A stretch of DNA of 64,000 nt from Alphaproteobacteria bacterium (lineage in GTDB: Bacteria > Pseudomonadota > Alphaproteobacteria > UBA2966). Both the position numbers and the translations under genes were made by a program. The notes beneath the pieces are model-generated. The model was not told where the DNA came from and searched no databases. It saw nothing but the letters and a program-made list of their open reading frames with translations. The DNA lies in contig OZ219856.1 in the NCBI GenBank assembly GCA_964291395.2, positions 1,120,001 to 1,184,000 of the forward strand, read 5' to 3'. Positions 39,850 through 49,232 of this stretch are shown here, one piece after another (the first letter of the stretch is position 1; each line of letters starts with the position of its first letter).

Positions 39850-40101
39850 ATGAGAAGTGGCGATGAGATGCTGAAGCAAATCGTCGAGAAATCCGCCTTG
39901 GACGCGGAATTTAGGCAACAGCTTCTTGCGGATCCAAAGACTACCATCAGTCAGGAATTGGACATTACGATTCCCGAATCCATGACGATCAAGGTCCATG
40001 AGAGCGACATGCAGACGGTGCATCTCGCGTTGCCGCCGGATCCGAACATCACCGAGGAGCAACTCGAAGCTATCTCAGCCGGGCTTTGCTGCTGCTGGTA
40101 A
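39850..40101 (+). CDS. srpE: NHLP-leader (proteusin) RiPP precursor, core LCCCW
   Basis: DAEFRQQLLADPK, VHE, HLALPP, ITEEQLEAISAG leader end, 5-residue core; symbol from recalled sponge srp clusters. Confidence 0.92.
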   Translation: MRSGDEMLKQIVEKSALDAEFRQQLLADPKTTISQELDITIPESMTIKVHESDMQTVHLALPPDPNITEEQLEAISAGLCCCW

Positions 40102-40129
40102 ACCCCAATAGCCGGCGCGTAGCCGGTCA

Positions 40130-40156
40130 AGATGCGGAATAACCCAATCCGCATCT
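40130..40156 (+). terminator. Stem-loop after the precursor gene
   Basis: Perfect 9-bp inverted repeat agatgcgga-N9-tccgcatct; weak U-tract. Confidence 0.55.
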
Positions 40157-40331
40157 ATGTATAGCTTGAACTGATCCTCTGTTCCCGAGCGGGAGCAGGG
40201 CGGGATTCGGTATGTGCGTTCGGGGCTGATATCAATAGGGGACCGATCCGGAGAACACCTGGAGCACATAGGCCTTGGCTTTTCGAAGCTGATTCATTCA
40301 ATGCGACACGTCCATCACGAGACCTGTGCGG

Positions 40332-41204
40332 ATGTTCCCTGACCGCGGAACCGCCGAAAAATGGATTATCGGCCAAGGCTGGACGAAGGGTTTCCCATGC
40401 CCCCAGGGCGCTTCGTTCAGTGTCCTGGTTCTGGCGCTGGCATGCTTTTGCTTGCCGACCGCACATGCCCTTGCCCAAGAAGAAACGCCGGAGGACAAAG
40501 GCCTAAGGATTGCGCGCGAATCAAGCGCCCGCAACGACGGCTTCGGGGATTTCACCGCTGGATTGACGATGTTGCTGCGCGATCGGCACGGTCGGGAGAG
40601 CGTCCGTAAGATGCGCTTCAAGGTGCTGGAGGTGTCGGGGGACGGCGACAAGAGCCTGTTCGTGTTCGATCAGCCGCAAGACGTGCGGCGAACTGCGCTC
40701 TTGACCCACGCTCACATCAACACTGAGGACGACCAGTGGCTGTATCTGCCGGCCCTGAAAAGAGTGAAGCGCATCAGCGCTTCGAGGCGTTCAGGGTCAT
40801 TCATGGGAAGCGAGTTTTCGTACGAAGATATGAGTCCTCCGGAGGTGGAGGAATACACCCACAAATATCTTCGTGACGAGCCCTGCGGCGAACTCACCTG
40901 TACGGTGACCGAGCAAGTCCCCTTGGATAAGAAATCCGGATACAGCCGCAAGATCGTTTGGCAGGATACAGGCGAGCTTCGAGTCTGGAAGATGGAGCTT
41001 TACGACCGAAGGGGCTCGCACTTGAAGACGCTCACTTTTGCGGCCTATCGCCAATATCTGGATCAATACTGGCGGGCAGGAAAACAGACGATGGTGAATC
41101 ATCTGACCGGCGCGAGCACGGTGCTTCGCTGGACCGATTTTCGGTTCCGCACCAATCTCGATGACAGCGAATTCACCCACACGGCACTTCGACGCGTGCG
41201 CTGA
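40332..41204 (+). CDS. Outer membrane lipoprotein-sorting (LolA-like) protein
   Basis: Signal-like segment, DDQWLYLPALKRVKRIS, SFMGSEFSYEDM; start uncertain. Confidence 0.85.
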   Translation: MFPDRGTAEKWIIGQGWTKGFPCPQGASFSVLVLALACFCLPTAHALAQEETPEDKGLRIARESSARNDGFGDFTAGLTMLLRDRHGRESVRKMRFKVLEVSGDGDKSLFVFDQPQDVRRTALLTHAHINTEDDQWLYLPALKRVKRISASRRSGSFMGSEFSYEDMSPPEVEEYTHKYLRDEPCGELTCTVTEQVPLDKKSGYSRKIVWQDTGELRVWKMELYDRRGSHLKTLTFAAYRQYLDQYWRAGKQTMVNHLTGASTVLRWTDFRFRTNLDDSEFTHTALRRVR

Positions 41205-42433
41205 TGCGCTTCGGCGGCGCAATTGCGGCCCTCGTGCTCATGGGTGCCGTAGGTGCCGAGGCGCAGACTCTTGATTTTTCGGGCGACCTGAGCCTGCAGG
41301 CGCGATGGTATCCGCAATCGCCGGCCTTCCCGGGTCAGCGTTCAGGCACCGGCGGGCTGGTCTTTGAGCCGACGCTTTACGGGGAGGTCGCACAAAAAAC
41401 CAGCTTCACCCTGACCCCGCTTTATCGATACGACAGCGCCGATTCGCGGCGCACGCATGCGGACCTGCGCGAGGCCTACCTGCTGATGTATGGAGACTGG
41501 GGCGAGAATTCCTGGGAGTTTCGGCTGGGATTTGATCGCGTTTTCTGGGGCGTGGCCGAGCTGCACAACCTCGTGGATATCGTCAACCAATTGGACCTCG
41601 TCGAGCACCCGCGCAATCGACCCAAACTTGGTCAGCCTATGGCGTACCTGACGATTTCCGGTGACTGGGGCGTCGCTGAATCGTTCCTGCTGCCGTATCA
41701 TCGTAAGCGCACGTTTCCGGGGCGTTCCGGGCGCCTCCGGTCGGCCCGCACGATCGACGAGAACGCCTTGTACGAGAGTGGTGCCGAAGAACGCCATGTG
41801 GATTTTGCGGTTCGCTACAGCCACGGCGTGGGCGTGCTTGATTTCGGCCTGAGTGCCTTTGTTGGAACGAGTCGCGAACCCTTGTTTCTTGCCAGCCATC
41901 AATCCGAGCCGTTGTCGGCAGGTGACGCGCCCTTGATCCCGTACTACGAGCAGATTCGGCAATTCGGGATCGACGCGCAAGTCACGACTGGGCCTTGGCT
42001 TTACAAGATGGAAGCCATTCGCCGTAGCGGAGCGCGCAATCTCCTGGGCCAGGAGGAGGATTACCGCGCCTTCATCTTCGGCTTGGAACACATTCTCTAC
42101 GGCCTGTTTGGTTCCCCAACGGACTTGACCTTGCTCGCCGAGTGGCACTACGACGACCGCGGACGCCGTGCTACAAGTGTCTGGGAGAACGACCTGTTCA
42201 TCGCGGGCTTCCTTGCGTTCAACGATGTGCAGGGCACCGAGCTCGTGGCAAGCGTCCTGGGTGACTTCCGCCATGAATATCGTGCGTTGAACCTGGAACT
42301 GAAACGCCGCCTGACGGATAGTTGGTCGATGCGCTTGGAAATGATCGCGAACCTAAGCGTGGACCCGCGGGATCTGACCTACGATGGACGGCGCGATAGC
42401 TTCCTGGGCGGGGAACTCACGTTCAGATTCTGA
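41204..42433 (+). CDS. Outer membrane beta-barrel protein
   Basis: Signal peptide (AEA-Q), DLREAY, VFWGVAE...DIVNQ, C-terminal LTFRF; coupled to the LolA-like gene. Confidence 0.75.
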   Translation: MRFGGAIAALVLMGAVGAEAQTLDFSGDLSLQARWYPQSPAFPGQRSGTGGLVFEPTLYGEVAQKTSFTLTPLYRYDSADSRRTHADLREAYLLMYGDWGENSWEFRLGFDRVFWGVAELHNLVDIVNQLDLVEHPRNRPKLGQPMAYLTISGDWGVAESFLLPYHRKRTFPGRSGRLRSARTIDENALYESGAEERHVDFAVRYSHGVGVLDFGLSAFVGTSREPLFLASHQSEPLSAGDAPLIPYYEQIRQFGIDAQVTTGPWLYKMEAIRRSGARNLLGQEEDYRAFIFGLEHILYGLFGSPTDLTLLAEWHYDDRGRRATSVWENDLFIAGFLAFNDVQGTELVASVLGDFRHEYRALNLELKRRLTDSWSMRLEMIANLSVDPRDLTYDGRRDSFLGGELTFRF

Positions 42434-42591
42434 TGCCGTTCGTGGCTGGCGTTGGACCGCTCGAATTCAGCACTTGACGCCCCCGCCCGGTGAGGCCGGA
42501 CGGGCTTGCCGACGCAAAATGGTCCGAGGAGTATCGGAGATGAGCGCTCCAAGAAGGGGTAATCGACCGACACTAGTGGAAGTCATGTGGG

Positions 42592-43866
42592 GTGATGTTG
42601 CCGGACGGTAAATCCTTACGGAAGATCGCAGTTGTTGGGCGAGGAACCGCAGGATCCCTGGCGGCCGCCAGCGTGACGCATCTTCACCCCGACAGCGACC
42701 ACGAGCTACACCACATATATGATTCGCGCATCCCGGTCATCGGAGTGGGCGAAGGCAGTTGGCCGAGCCTGGTTCGGCAATTGCAGCAACTGACGAATTT
42801 GCCCCATGAAGCCGTCCAGCAGCGTTTGAAGGGAACTCGTAAGTACGGCGTTGCATTCGAGGGATGGGGTCGGCGCAATCGAGAATTCACCCACTACTTC
42901 ACGCCGCAACAGGTGTCTTACGCCTACCACCTATCCGCCGACTTGATGGCGGACTTGCTGCACGAAGGTACGCGCGCACGCCACATCGACGCGAATGTGC
43001 TCGATATCACCAAGGTGGAGGGCGGTGCGCAGGTGAGATTCGAGGGCCTAGCGCCGGAACTCTACGACTTGGTCTTCGATGCCCGCGGGTTTCCCAAAGA
43101 GCTTCATCCCGACCGGCACATCAACATGTCTTTCATCCCCACCAATACAGCCGTCATCCGCCGCTGCCCGGCAATAATCGAGGAAGAGGAGGATGGGCCG
43201 GTTCTGCAACATACATACACCCGTGCGGTTGCGCGTCCGCACGGTTGGGTATTCGTTATTCCGCTTACAGTACACACCTCCTACGGGTACATCTTCAACC
43301 GCGATGTATCCAGCCTTGCCGAAGTCGAATCGGACTTTGACGCATTCCTTGAATCCGATGGCGTATCGGAATTCGAGCAACGCGCCGTCATTCCGTTTCC
43401 CAATTTTGTCCACCGTCAGATGTACGATGGCGCGGTGGCCCGCATTGGCAATGCGGCGGCCTTCATGGAGCCTCTCGAAGCAACGGCGATCGTATCTGCC
43501 CAGTTACAGATCGGGATGGTTCTCCACATACGTCTTAACCGTTCGGTAGAGAATCTTGAGCGCGACGCGCCGGTGGTCAATCGATTTCTCATCAACAACA
43601 TGCTCTGCTACGGCCTGTTCGTCGGTTGGCATTATTCCTGTGGCTCCAAGTACGACAGCGAATTCTGGCGTCGCGCTCGAGACTACGCCTGGCCACAACA
43701 CCGTAAGGCAGCGGACCCCGAGGTGGTGGGGTGCGCCGCGCTCCGTAAATTCGACGAAATGATCGAACTGATGAACCGGTCGGTCATCGACAAAGCGGAC
43801 TGGGATCGCATGTGCGCGGTCCCTCTCACCAGTTATGCCCAGATGTCTCAGGGTCTCGGCTGCTAG
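42592..43866 (+). CDS. srpI: Flavin-dependent tryptophan/peptide halogenase
   Basis: GRGTAG, IGVGEG, candidate catalytic Lys in GTRKYGV, GWVFVIP, FMEPLEAT; precursor ends in Trp; symbol from recall. Confidence 0.85.
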   Translation: MMLPDGKSLRKIAVVGRGTAGSLAAASVTHLHPDSDHELHHIYDSRIPVIGVGEGSWPSLVRQLQQLTNLPHEAVQQRLKGTRKYGVAFEGWGRRNREFTHYFTPQQVSYAYHLSADLMADLLHEGTRARHIDANVLDITKVEGGAQVRFEGLAPELYDLVFDARGFPKELHPDRHINMSFIPTNTAVIRRCPAIIEEEEDGPVLQHTYTRAVARPHGWVFVIPLTVHTSYGYIFNRDVSSLAEVESDFDAFLESDGVSEFEQRAVIPFPNFVHRQMYDGAVARIGNAAAFMEPLEATAIVSAQLQIGMVLHIRLNRSVENLERDAPVVNRFLINNMLCYGLFVGWHYSCGSKYDSEFWRRARDYAWPQHRKAADPEVVGCAALRKFDEMIELMNRSVIDKADWDRMCAVPLTSYAQMSQGLGC

Positions 43867-43923
43867 CCCCGGTCTCGGAACGTTTCAACAGAGGTTCGCT
43901 TGCAATAGCTCCTTGGGACGGGA

Positions 43924-43943
43924 CCGCCCCGCTTCAGGGGCGG
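43924..43943 (+). terminator. GC hairpin after the halogenase gene
   Basis: ccgcccc-gcttca-ggggcgg; no U-tract. Confidence 0.3.
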
Positions 43944-44163
43944 CAACCCATCAACATTCATGGGCGCAGGCCACAACGCCCGAAGCCGCCGCGCTGGGTT
44001 CGCCTCCAGCCACGAGAACGGGGGCGCGCCTTCGCCTGCACCCGCATGGGTGCGTCAGTGAGGGCGGCGCTTCGCGTTTTGCGTCGTGCGGGCGGCTGCG
44101 TTAAACAAAGGCCGCCGGGTCGCGCGCGGGTGCCGCGCGGCACCCTCCAATTGGTAGAGAACG

Positions 44164-45336
44164 ATGAAGATCACCGATGTCGAGGCGATCGCTCTCGCGG
44201 TACCGATGGAGAAACGGATCGCGGCACCGATCAGCATCCCGCGTGCCGACGAAGTGGCCGGCGTCGTCTTCAGGGAATACCGGTCGGTCCTGGTCCGCAT
44301 CCACACGGACGATGGAATCTCGGGTGTCGGGGAATGCATGACGCGCCTGTCGGGGACGGCGCTCCGCGATATCGTGCACTACGTGAAACCGCTGCTGACC
44401 GGCAAGGACCCGCGTGACGTGGAGTATCTTTGGGATCTGCTGTGGTCGGTCATGATCAACCGCGGGCACCACAAGGGATTTTACCCCGAAGCGATGGCGG
44501 GCATCGATACCGCGTTGTGGGACATCTGGGGCAAGTCCACAGGCGTGCCGGTCTGGCGGCTGCTCGGGGGAAAGACCAATCCGAAGATTTGGTGCTACGC
44601 GTCGTCGTTGCGGCTGCGCGACATCGCCATCCTGCGCGATGAAATCGACCAGCACAAGGACAACGGTTTCGACGCCATGAAGATCAAGATCGGCAAGGAT
44701 CCCATGAACTGGCGGCAGGAAATCAAGACGGTCGAACGGATCAGGGCGCATGCGGGTGACGGCATCACCCTGATGGCGGATGCCAACTGCGGCTATGCGC
44801 ATGATGTCAAGACGGCGTTGCAGGTCGGCCGCGCTCTCGAGGCACTGGACCTCTTTTGGTACGAGGAACCTCTCGCGCCGGACGATATCGACGGGTACGC
44901 CTATCTGAAGGCGAATCTGGGCATCCGTATCGCGACCGGCGAGGCCGATTTCAACCGCTTCAGCTTCGCCCGCTTCTTCAAGCGCGACGCCATCGATATC
45001 GTTCAACATGATGCCGCCCGCGCGGGCGGAATAACGGAGGCGCGGAAGATTGCCGACATGGCGTCGGCGTTTCACGTCCGGTACGCACCGCACACGGGAA
45101 GTTCGTCGAACGTCATCAACACCGTGTCGTTGCATCTGGCGACCTACGCGCCGAACTTCCTGATCTACGAGTACATGCAGAGCGACTGGAACAGGGAACA
45201 GCACAATCCGCTGCATTGGGACCTGTGCGAGATGCCGATCAAGTCGTTCAAGGACAGTCGCCTCGAAATCGAGGATCGGCCGGGACTCGGCATTGAATTG
45301 AACGAGGACGTCATCCGGAAGTACCGGCTTCCATAG
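44164..45336 (+). CDS. Mandelate racemase/muconate lactonizing enzyme family
   Basis: GIDTALWDIWGK, KIKIG, MADAN, WYEEP, ATGE, PGLGIE. Confidence 0.92.
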   Translation: MKITDVEAIALAVPMEKRIAAPISIPRADEVAGVVFREYRSVLVRIHTDDGISGVGECMTRLSGTALRDIVHYVKPLLTGKDPRDVEYLWDLLWSVMINRGHHKGFYPEAMAGIDTALWDIWGKSTGVPVWRLLGGKTNPKIWCYASSLRLRDIAILRDEIDQHKDNGFDAMKIKIGKDPMNWRQEIKTVERIRAHAGDGITLMADANCGYAHDVKTALQVGRALEALDLFWYEEPLAPDDIDGYAYLKANLGIRIATGEADFNRFSFARFFKRDAIDIVQHDAARAGGITEARKIADMASAFHVRYAPHTGSSSNVINTVSLHLATYAPNFLIYEYMQSDWNREQHNPLHWDLCEMPIKSFKDSRLEIEDRPGLGIELNEDVIRKYRLP

Positions 45337-45386
45337 CGTCGGCGTCATCGCATGGAACAACGGCAACATGGGGTTCACGGCACCCG

Positions 45387-47483
45387 ATGAACAGACCAAC
45401 CCGCCCCGTCCAAATCGCCTTCGACATCGGCGGCACGTTCACCGACTTCGTGCTCCAGGACTCCGCGAACGGCGGCATGCGCTTCTGGAAGGTGCCAAGC
45501 ACCCCGGACGATCCCAGCCGCGCCGTTCTCTCCGGGCTGTCCGATCTTCTTGAAGAGACGGGGGTCGAGGGTCGAGACGTCGACGTGATCCTTCATGCGA
45601 CGACGGTGGCCACGAATGCCATCATCGAGCGCAAGGGACCGCGGACCGCCTTCATCACGACCCGGGGGTTCCGCGACATCATCATCATGGGCCGGCAGAA
45701 ACGGTACGATACCTTCGACGTCTATCTGACCAAGCCGGTACCGCTGGTCGACCGGAAGGACGTGTTCGAGGTGGACGAACGGGTCGACGTCTACGGAGAA
45801 ACCGTGAAGTCCGTCGATCCCGCCAGCGTCGAGAGCGTCGTCGATGCGATCACGGACGGCGGCTACGAGTCGGCGGCGGTGGCCTTCATCCACGCTTACG
45901 CGGACGGCAGCCACGAGCGTGTGGTGCGTGACGGCATCGCGGCCAGACACCCGGACATGCCCATCTCGCTGTCTTCCGAAGTCTCGCCCAAGATGCGCGA
46001 GTTCGAGCGGTTCAGCACCACGCTGGCGAATGCCTACGTAAAGCCCGTCGTCGACCGCTATCTCGGCAATCTCGAAGGAGCGCTGAAGGAACGCGGAATC
46101 GAGAGCGACATCTTCATCATGCAGTCGAACGCCGGCCTTGTGCCGCCGGAGCTCGCCCGCGACATGCCGATCCGCATCGTGGAGTCTGGCCCCGCCGCCG
46201 GAGTCATGATGTGCGGGGTCATCGGCCGCGAGGAAGGCAGGCGGAACCTGCTTACGTTCGATATGGGCGGCACGACGGCAAAGCTCGGCGCGATCGACGG
46301 CGGCGAGCCCGCTGTCATGGCGACCTTCGAAGTGGCCATGATCAACTGCCGTCCGGGAAGCGGGATTCCCCTCAACATCTCGGCCGTGGAGCTCTTGGAA
46401 ATTGGCGCGGGGGGCGGCAGTATCGCGCGGACGAATCTCGGACTCATCGCTGTCGGACCGGAAAGTGCGGGTGCGGACCCCGGTCCCATCTGCTACGGCC
46501 AGGGCGGTACCGAGCCCACCGTGACGGACGCCAATCTGGTTCTCGGCTATCTCAACCCCGACTACTTCAACGGCGGCGCCATGTCGCTCGATCGTGCCGC
46601 GGCGGAGGAGGGCATTCACCGGGTCATCGCCGACCCGCTCGGCCTCACCTCGGGCGAGGCGGCCTGGGGAGTTCACACCGTCGCAAACGCCAACATGGAG
46701 CGTGCCATGCGCGTCGTCTCGGTTGAGAGGGGGCGCGACCCCCGTGATTATACGCTGGTGTCGTTCGGGGGCGCCGGGCCCGTCCATACCACGCGCATTG
46801 CCCGAACCCTGGGAATACCCGAGATCATCATTCCCTACGGCGCTGGCGTTGGATCGGCCGTGGGCTTGTTGGAAGCGGACAGCAAGATCGACGCGACGCT
46901 CACGCGCGTCATCCGAATCCGGCCGGATGCAGCGGCTGACATCGCCGCCGTCTATGAACAGCTCGAAACCCGCGTCCAGGCCGATTTGGTCCGGTTGGGC
47001 AGGGCTGAGGAGCCAAAGTGGTCGCGTTACGCCTACATGCGCTACGTCGGACAGGGATACGAGCGCAAGGTCGATCTTCCCGACGGTCCCATCCGCGAGG
47101 ATTATCCCGACAAGATCAGCGAGGTGTTCGTGGAAAGCTATCTGCGGAACTATGGATTCACCGATCCCGATGCCGAGATCGAGGCCATAGACTGGTACCT
47201 CGTGGCGACCGTTCCCAGCAACTACGACGCGCTGCACCGGTTCGAAAGCGTCGGGAAGGCGGGCGAGAGCCCCGTCGTCGGCAGGCGCCGGGCCTACTTC
47301 CCGGAACTGGATGGGTTTGCCGAATGCGACGTGGTCGACCGTTACCGGCTGCGGGACGGCGATACGTTCGAAGGTCCGGCGATCGTGGAGGAGCGGGAGT
47401 CCACGACGGTCGTCCTTCCGGGCGACGAGGTGACGATCAGCCCGTCGGGACATATGATCGTCGAGGTTGGATACGAGGATTGA
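45387..47483 (+). CDS. Hydantoinase/oxoprolinase subunit A
   Basis: DIGGTFTD, HATTVATNA, ESGPAAG, DMGGTT, SAGADPGPICY. Confidence 0.93.
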   Translation: MNRPTRPVQIAFDIGGTFTDFVLQDSANGGMRFWKVPSTPDDPSRAVLSGLSDLLEETGVEGRDVDVILHATTVATNAIIERKGPRTAFITTRGFRDIIIMGRQKRYDTFDVYLTKPVPLVDRKDVFEVDERVDVYGETVKSVDPASVESVVDAITDGGYESAAVAFIHAYADGSHERVVRDGIAARHPDMPISLSSEVSPKMREFERFSTTLANAYVKPVVDRYLGNLEGALKERGIESDIFIMQSNAGLVPPELARDMPIRIVESGPAAGVMMCGVIGREEGRRNLLTFDMGGTTAKLGAIDGGEPAVMATFEVAMINCRPGSGIPLNISAVELLEIGAGGGSIARTNLGLIAVGPESAGADPGPICYGQGGTEPTVTDANLVLGYLNPDYFNGGAMSLDRAAAEEGIHRVIADPLGLTSGEAAWGVHTVANANMERAMRVVSVERGRDPRDYTLVSFGGAGPVHTTRIARTLGIPEIIIPYGAGVGSAVGLLEADSKIDATLTRVIRIRPDAAADIAAVYEQLETRVQADLVRLGRAEEPKWSRYAYMRYVGQGYERKVDLPDGPIREDYPDKISEVFVESYLRNYGFTDPDAEIEAIDWYLVATVPSNYDALHRFESVGKAGESPVVGRRRAYFPELDGFAECDVVDRYRLRDGDTFEGPAIVEERESTTVVLPGDEVTISPSGHMIVEVGYED

Positions 47484-47489
47484 GCTGAC

Positions 47490-49178
47490 ATGACCGAAGC
47501 GACGCGCAGCAATCAGCCGGTCGACCCCATCACGCTTTCCGTGATCTGGGGCGGCTTCGTCTCCATCGCCGAAGAGATGGGTACGACCCTGCGGCAGACG
47601 GCCTTCTCCGATGCCGTGCGCGAGGGGGACGATTTCTCGACGGCAATCTTCGATCGCCGGGGGCGCATGCTGGCCCAAGGCAACTTCACGCCGGGGCACC
47701 TCGGCTCCATGCCCCACGTCGTGCGGTCGGTGATGGAGTACTTCCCGGAAGAGGCGCTGAAGCCCGGAGACGCGGTCCTGGTGAACGACTCCGCCATTGG
47801 TTCGGGCCACTACCCCGACTGCTTCATCGTCATGCCGGTCTGGTTCGAGAACCACGTCGTCGGATACGCCACGGACATCTGTCATCACGCGGATATGGGC
47901 GGTGCGGTGCCGGGCTCTCAGGCGATCATGGGCGTCACCGAGGCCTATCAGGAAGGGTTGCGCATCCTGCCCGTCAAGATCATGCGCGACGGAGAATTCT
48001 GCGAAGACATCATGCGCATCATCCTCGGCAACGTGCGCGTGCCGAACAAAGTGGGCGGTGATCTCCGGGCACAGGCCAACGCCAACTACGTGGGCTCGCA
48101 GCGGCTGATCCGCATGTACGAGCAGTACGGCGAGGACCTGATGGAGGCGGCGATCGAGGAGATCCTGGACCGCTCCGAGCGGCGCATCCGCGACCTCATT
48201 CGCCAGATGCCCGAAGGTGTTTACGAATTCGAGGACTTTTTCGACGACAGCGGACCGGATACGCAGCCGATACGTGTCCACGTGCAAATGGAGATCAAGG
48301 ACGGTGGCATCACCGCCGATTTCTCCAAGAGCTCCGATCAGGTCCCGGCCGGCATGAATTGCTACAAGACGTTCACCCAGTGCTGGCTGTACTTTATCGT
48401 CAAGGCCTACACCGATGCGCTTCTGCCGCAGAACGACGGAGTTATTCGCGCCCTTGAGGTTCGCGGCCGCGAAGGGTCCGCATTCAACCCGGTCTATCCC
48501 GCGCCATCAGGCGGACGAGCCGTGGCGCAGATTCGCATCTATGAGGCAATGAACGGCATCCTCGCCAAGCTTCTCCCCGATCGTGCGATGGCGGCGTTTT
48601 CCCACTGGACCAATATCCAGATGGGTGGCGTCGACGATCGAACGGGTGAGCCGTTCATCCTCTATGACGTCGTGTTCGCGGGTTACGGCGGCCAGGCGAT
48701 GAAGGACGGGATCGAGGCGATGAGCCCGGTGATGAACTGCCCGAATATTCCCGTCGAGGTACACGAAGCGCATAACCCCGTTCTCATTCACCGGGTTGAG
48801 TTCATTCCCGACTCGGCGGGTCCCGGCAAATTCCGTGGCGGCTGCGGATTGCGCAAGGACATCGAGCTTCGCACCGACTCGGCGACGCTCAACCTGCTCG
48901 GCGACCGTCACAAGTTCGAACCCTACGGGCTCAGCGGTGGTGGCAGCGGCAAGCTCGCCGAGACGGTCCTCAATCCGGATGGCGAGGCGGAACCGATGAG
49001 CTCGAAGGAGCGGCGCGCGTTGAAGCGCGGCGATATCGTCAGTGTTCGCCTGTCCGGCGCCGGCGGGTTTGGCCCGGCCGCCGAACGCGATCCCGCCGCC
49101 GTCGAACGGGATATCACCGAGGGATACGTCACGCCGGAGGGCGCGCAGGAAGCGTACGGTTGGTCGCCCAGTTCATAA
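47490..49178 (+). CDS. Hydantoinase B/oxoprolinase subunit
   Basis: EEMGTTLRQTAFS, HHADMGGAVPGS, QEGLRILP, DSAGPGKFRGG, GAGGFG. Confidence 0.93.
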   Translation: MTEATRSNQPVDPITLSVIWGGFVSIAEEMGTTLRQTAFSDAVREGDDFSTAIFDRRGRMLAQGNFTPGHLGSMPHVVRSVMEYFPEEALKPGDAVLVNDSAIGSGHYPDCFIVMPVWFENHVVGYATDICHHADMGGAVPGSQAIMGVTEAYQEGLRILPVKIMRDGEFCEDIMRIILGNVRVPNKVGGDLRAQANANYVGSQRLIRMYEQYGEDLMEAAIEEILDRSERRIRDLIRQMPEGVYEFEDFFDDSGPDTQPIRVHVQMEIKDGGITADFSKSSDQVPAGMNCYKTFTQCWLYFIVKAYTDALLPQNDGVIRALEVRGREGSAFNPVYPAPSGGRAVAQIRIYEAMNGILAKLLPDRAMAAFSHWTNIQMGGVDDRTGEPFILYDVVFAGYGGQAMKDGIEAMSPVMNCPNIPVEVHEAHNPVLIHRVEFIPDSAGPGKFRGGCGLRKDIELRTDSATLNLLGDRHKFEPYGLSGGGSGKLAETVLNPDGEAEPMSSKERRALKRGDIVSVRLSGAGGFGPAAERDPAAVERDITEGYVTPEGAQEAYGWSPSS

Positions 49179-49232
49179 CCAACTCACGCGACCGAATTCT
49201 CGGATGTCTGGCCGGGAAAGGAAAATCCCAAG

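Noticed and set aside
39850-40101. Nitrile hydratase alpha subunit
   Set aside because: Lacks the CxxCSC metal site and has no beta subunit; it is the NHLP leader family
43924-43943. IS200/IS605-end or REP-like element
   Set aside because: Single hairpin, no tnpA/tnpB and no second copy noticed
45375-48287. 970-aa minus-strand ORF (and similar long antisense ORFs at 4836..6689, 16742..18229, 49837..51330, 54439..55842, 56913..58394)
   Set aside because: Antisense shadows of well-supported genes, expected in high-GC coding DNA; no recognisable motifs
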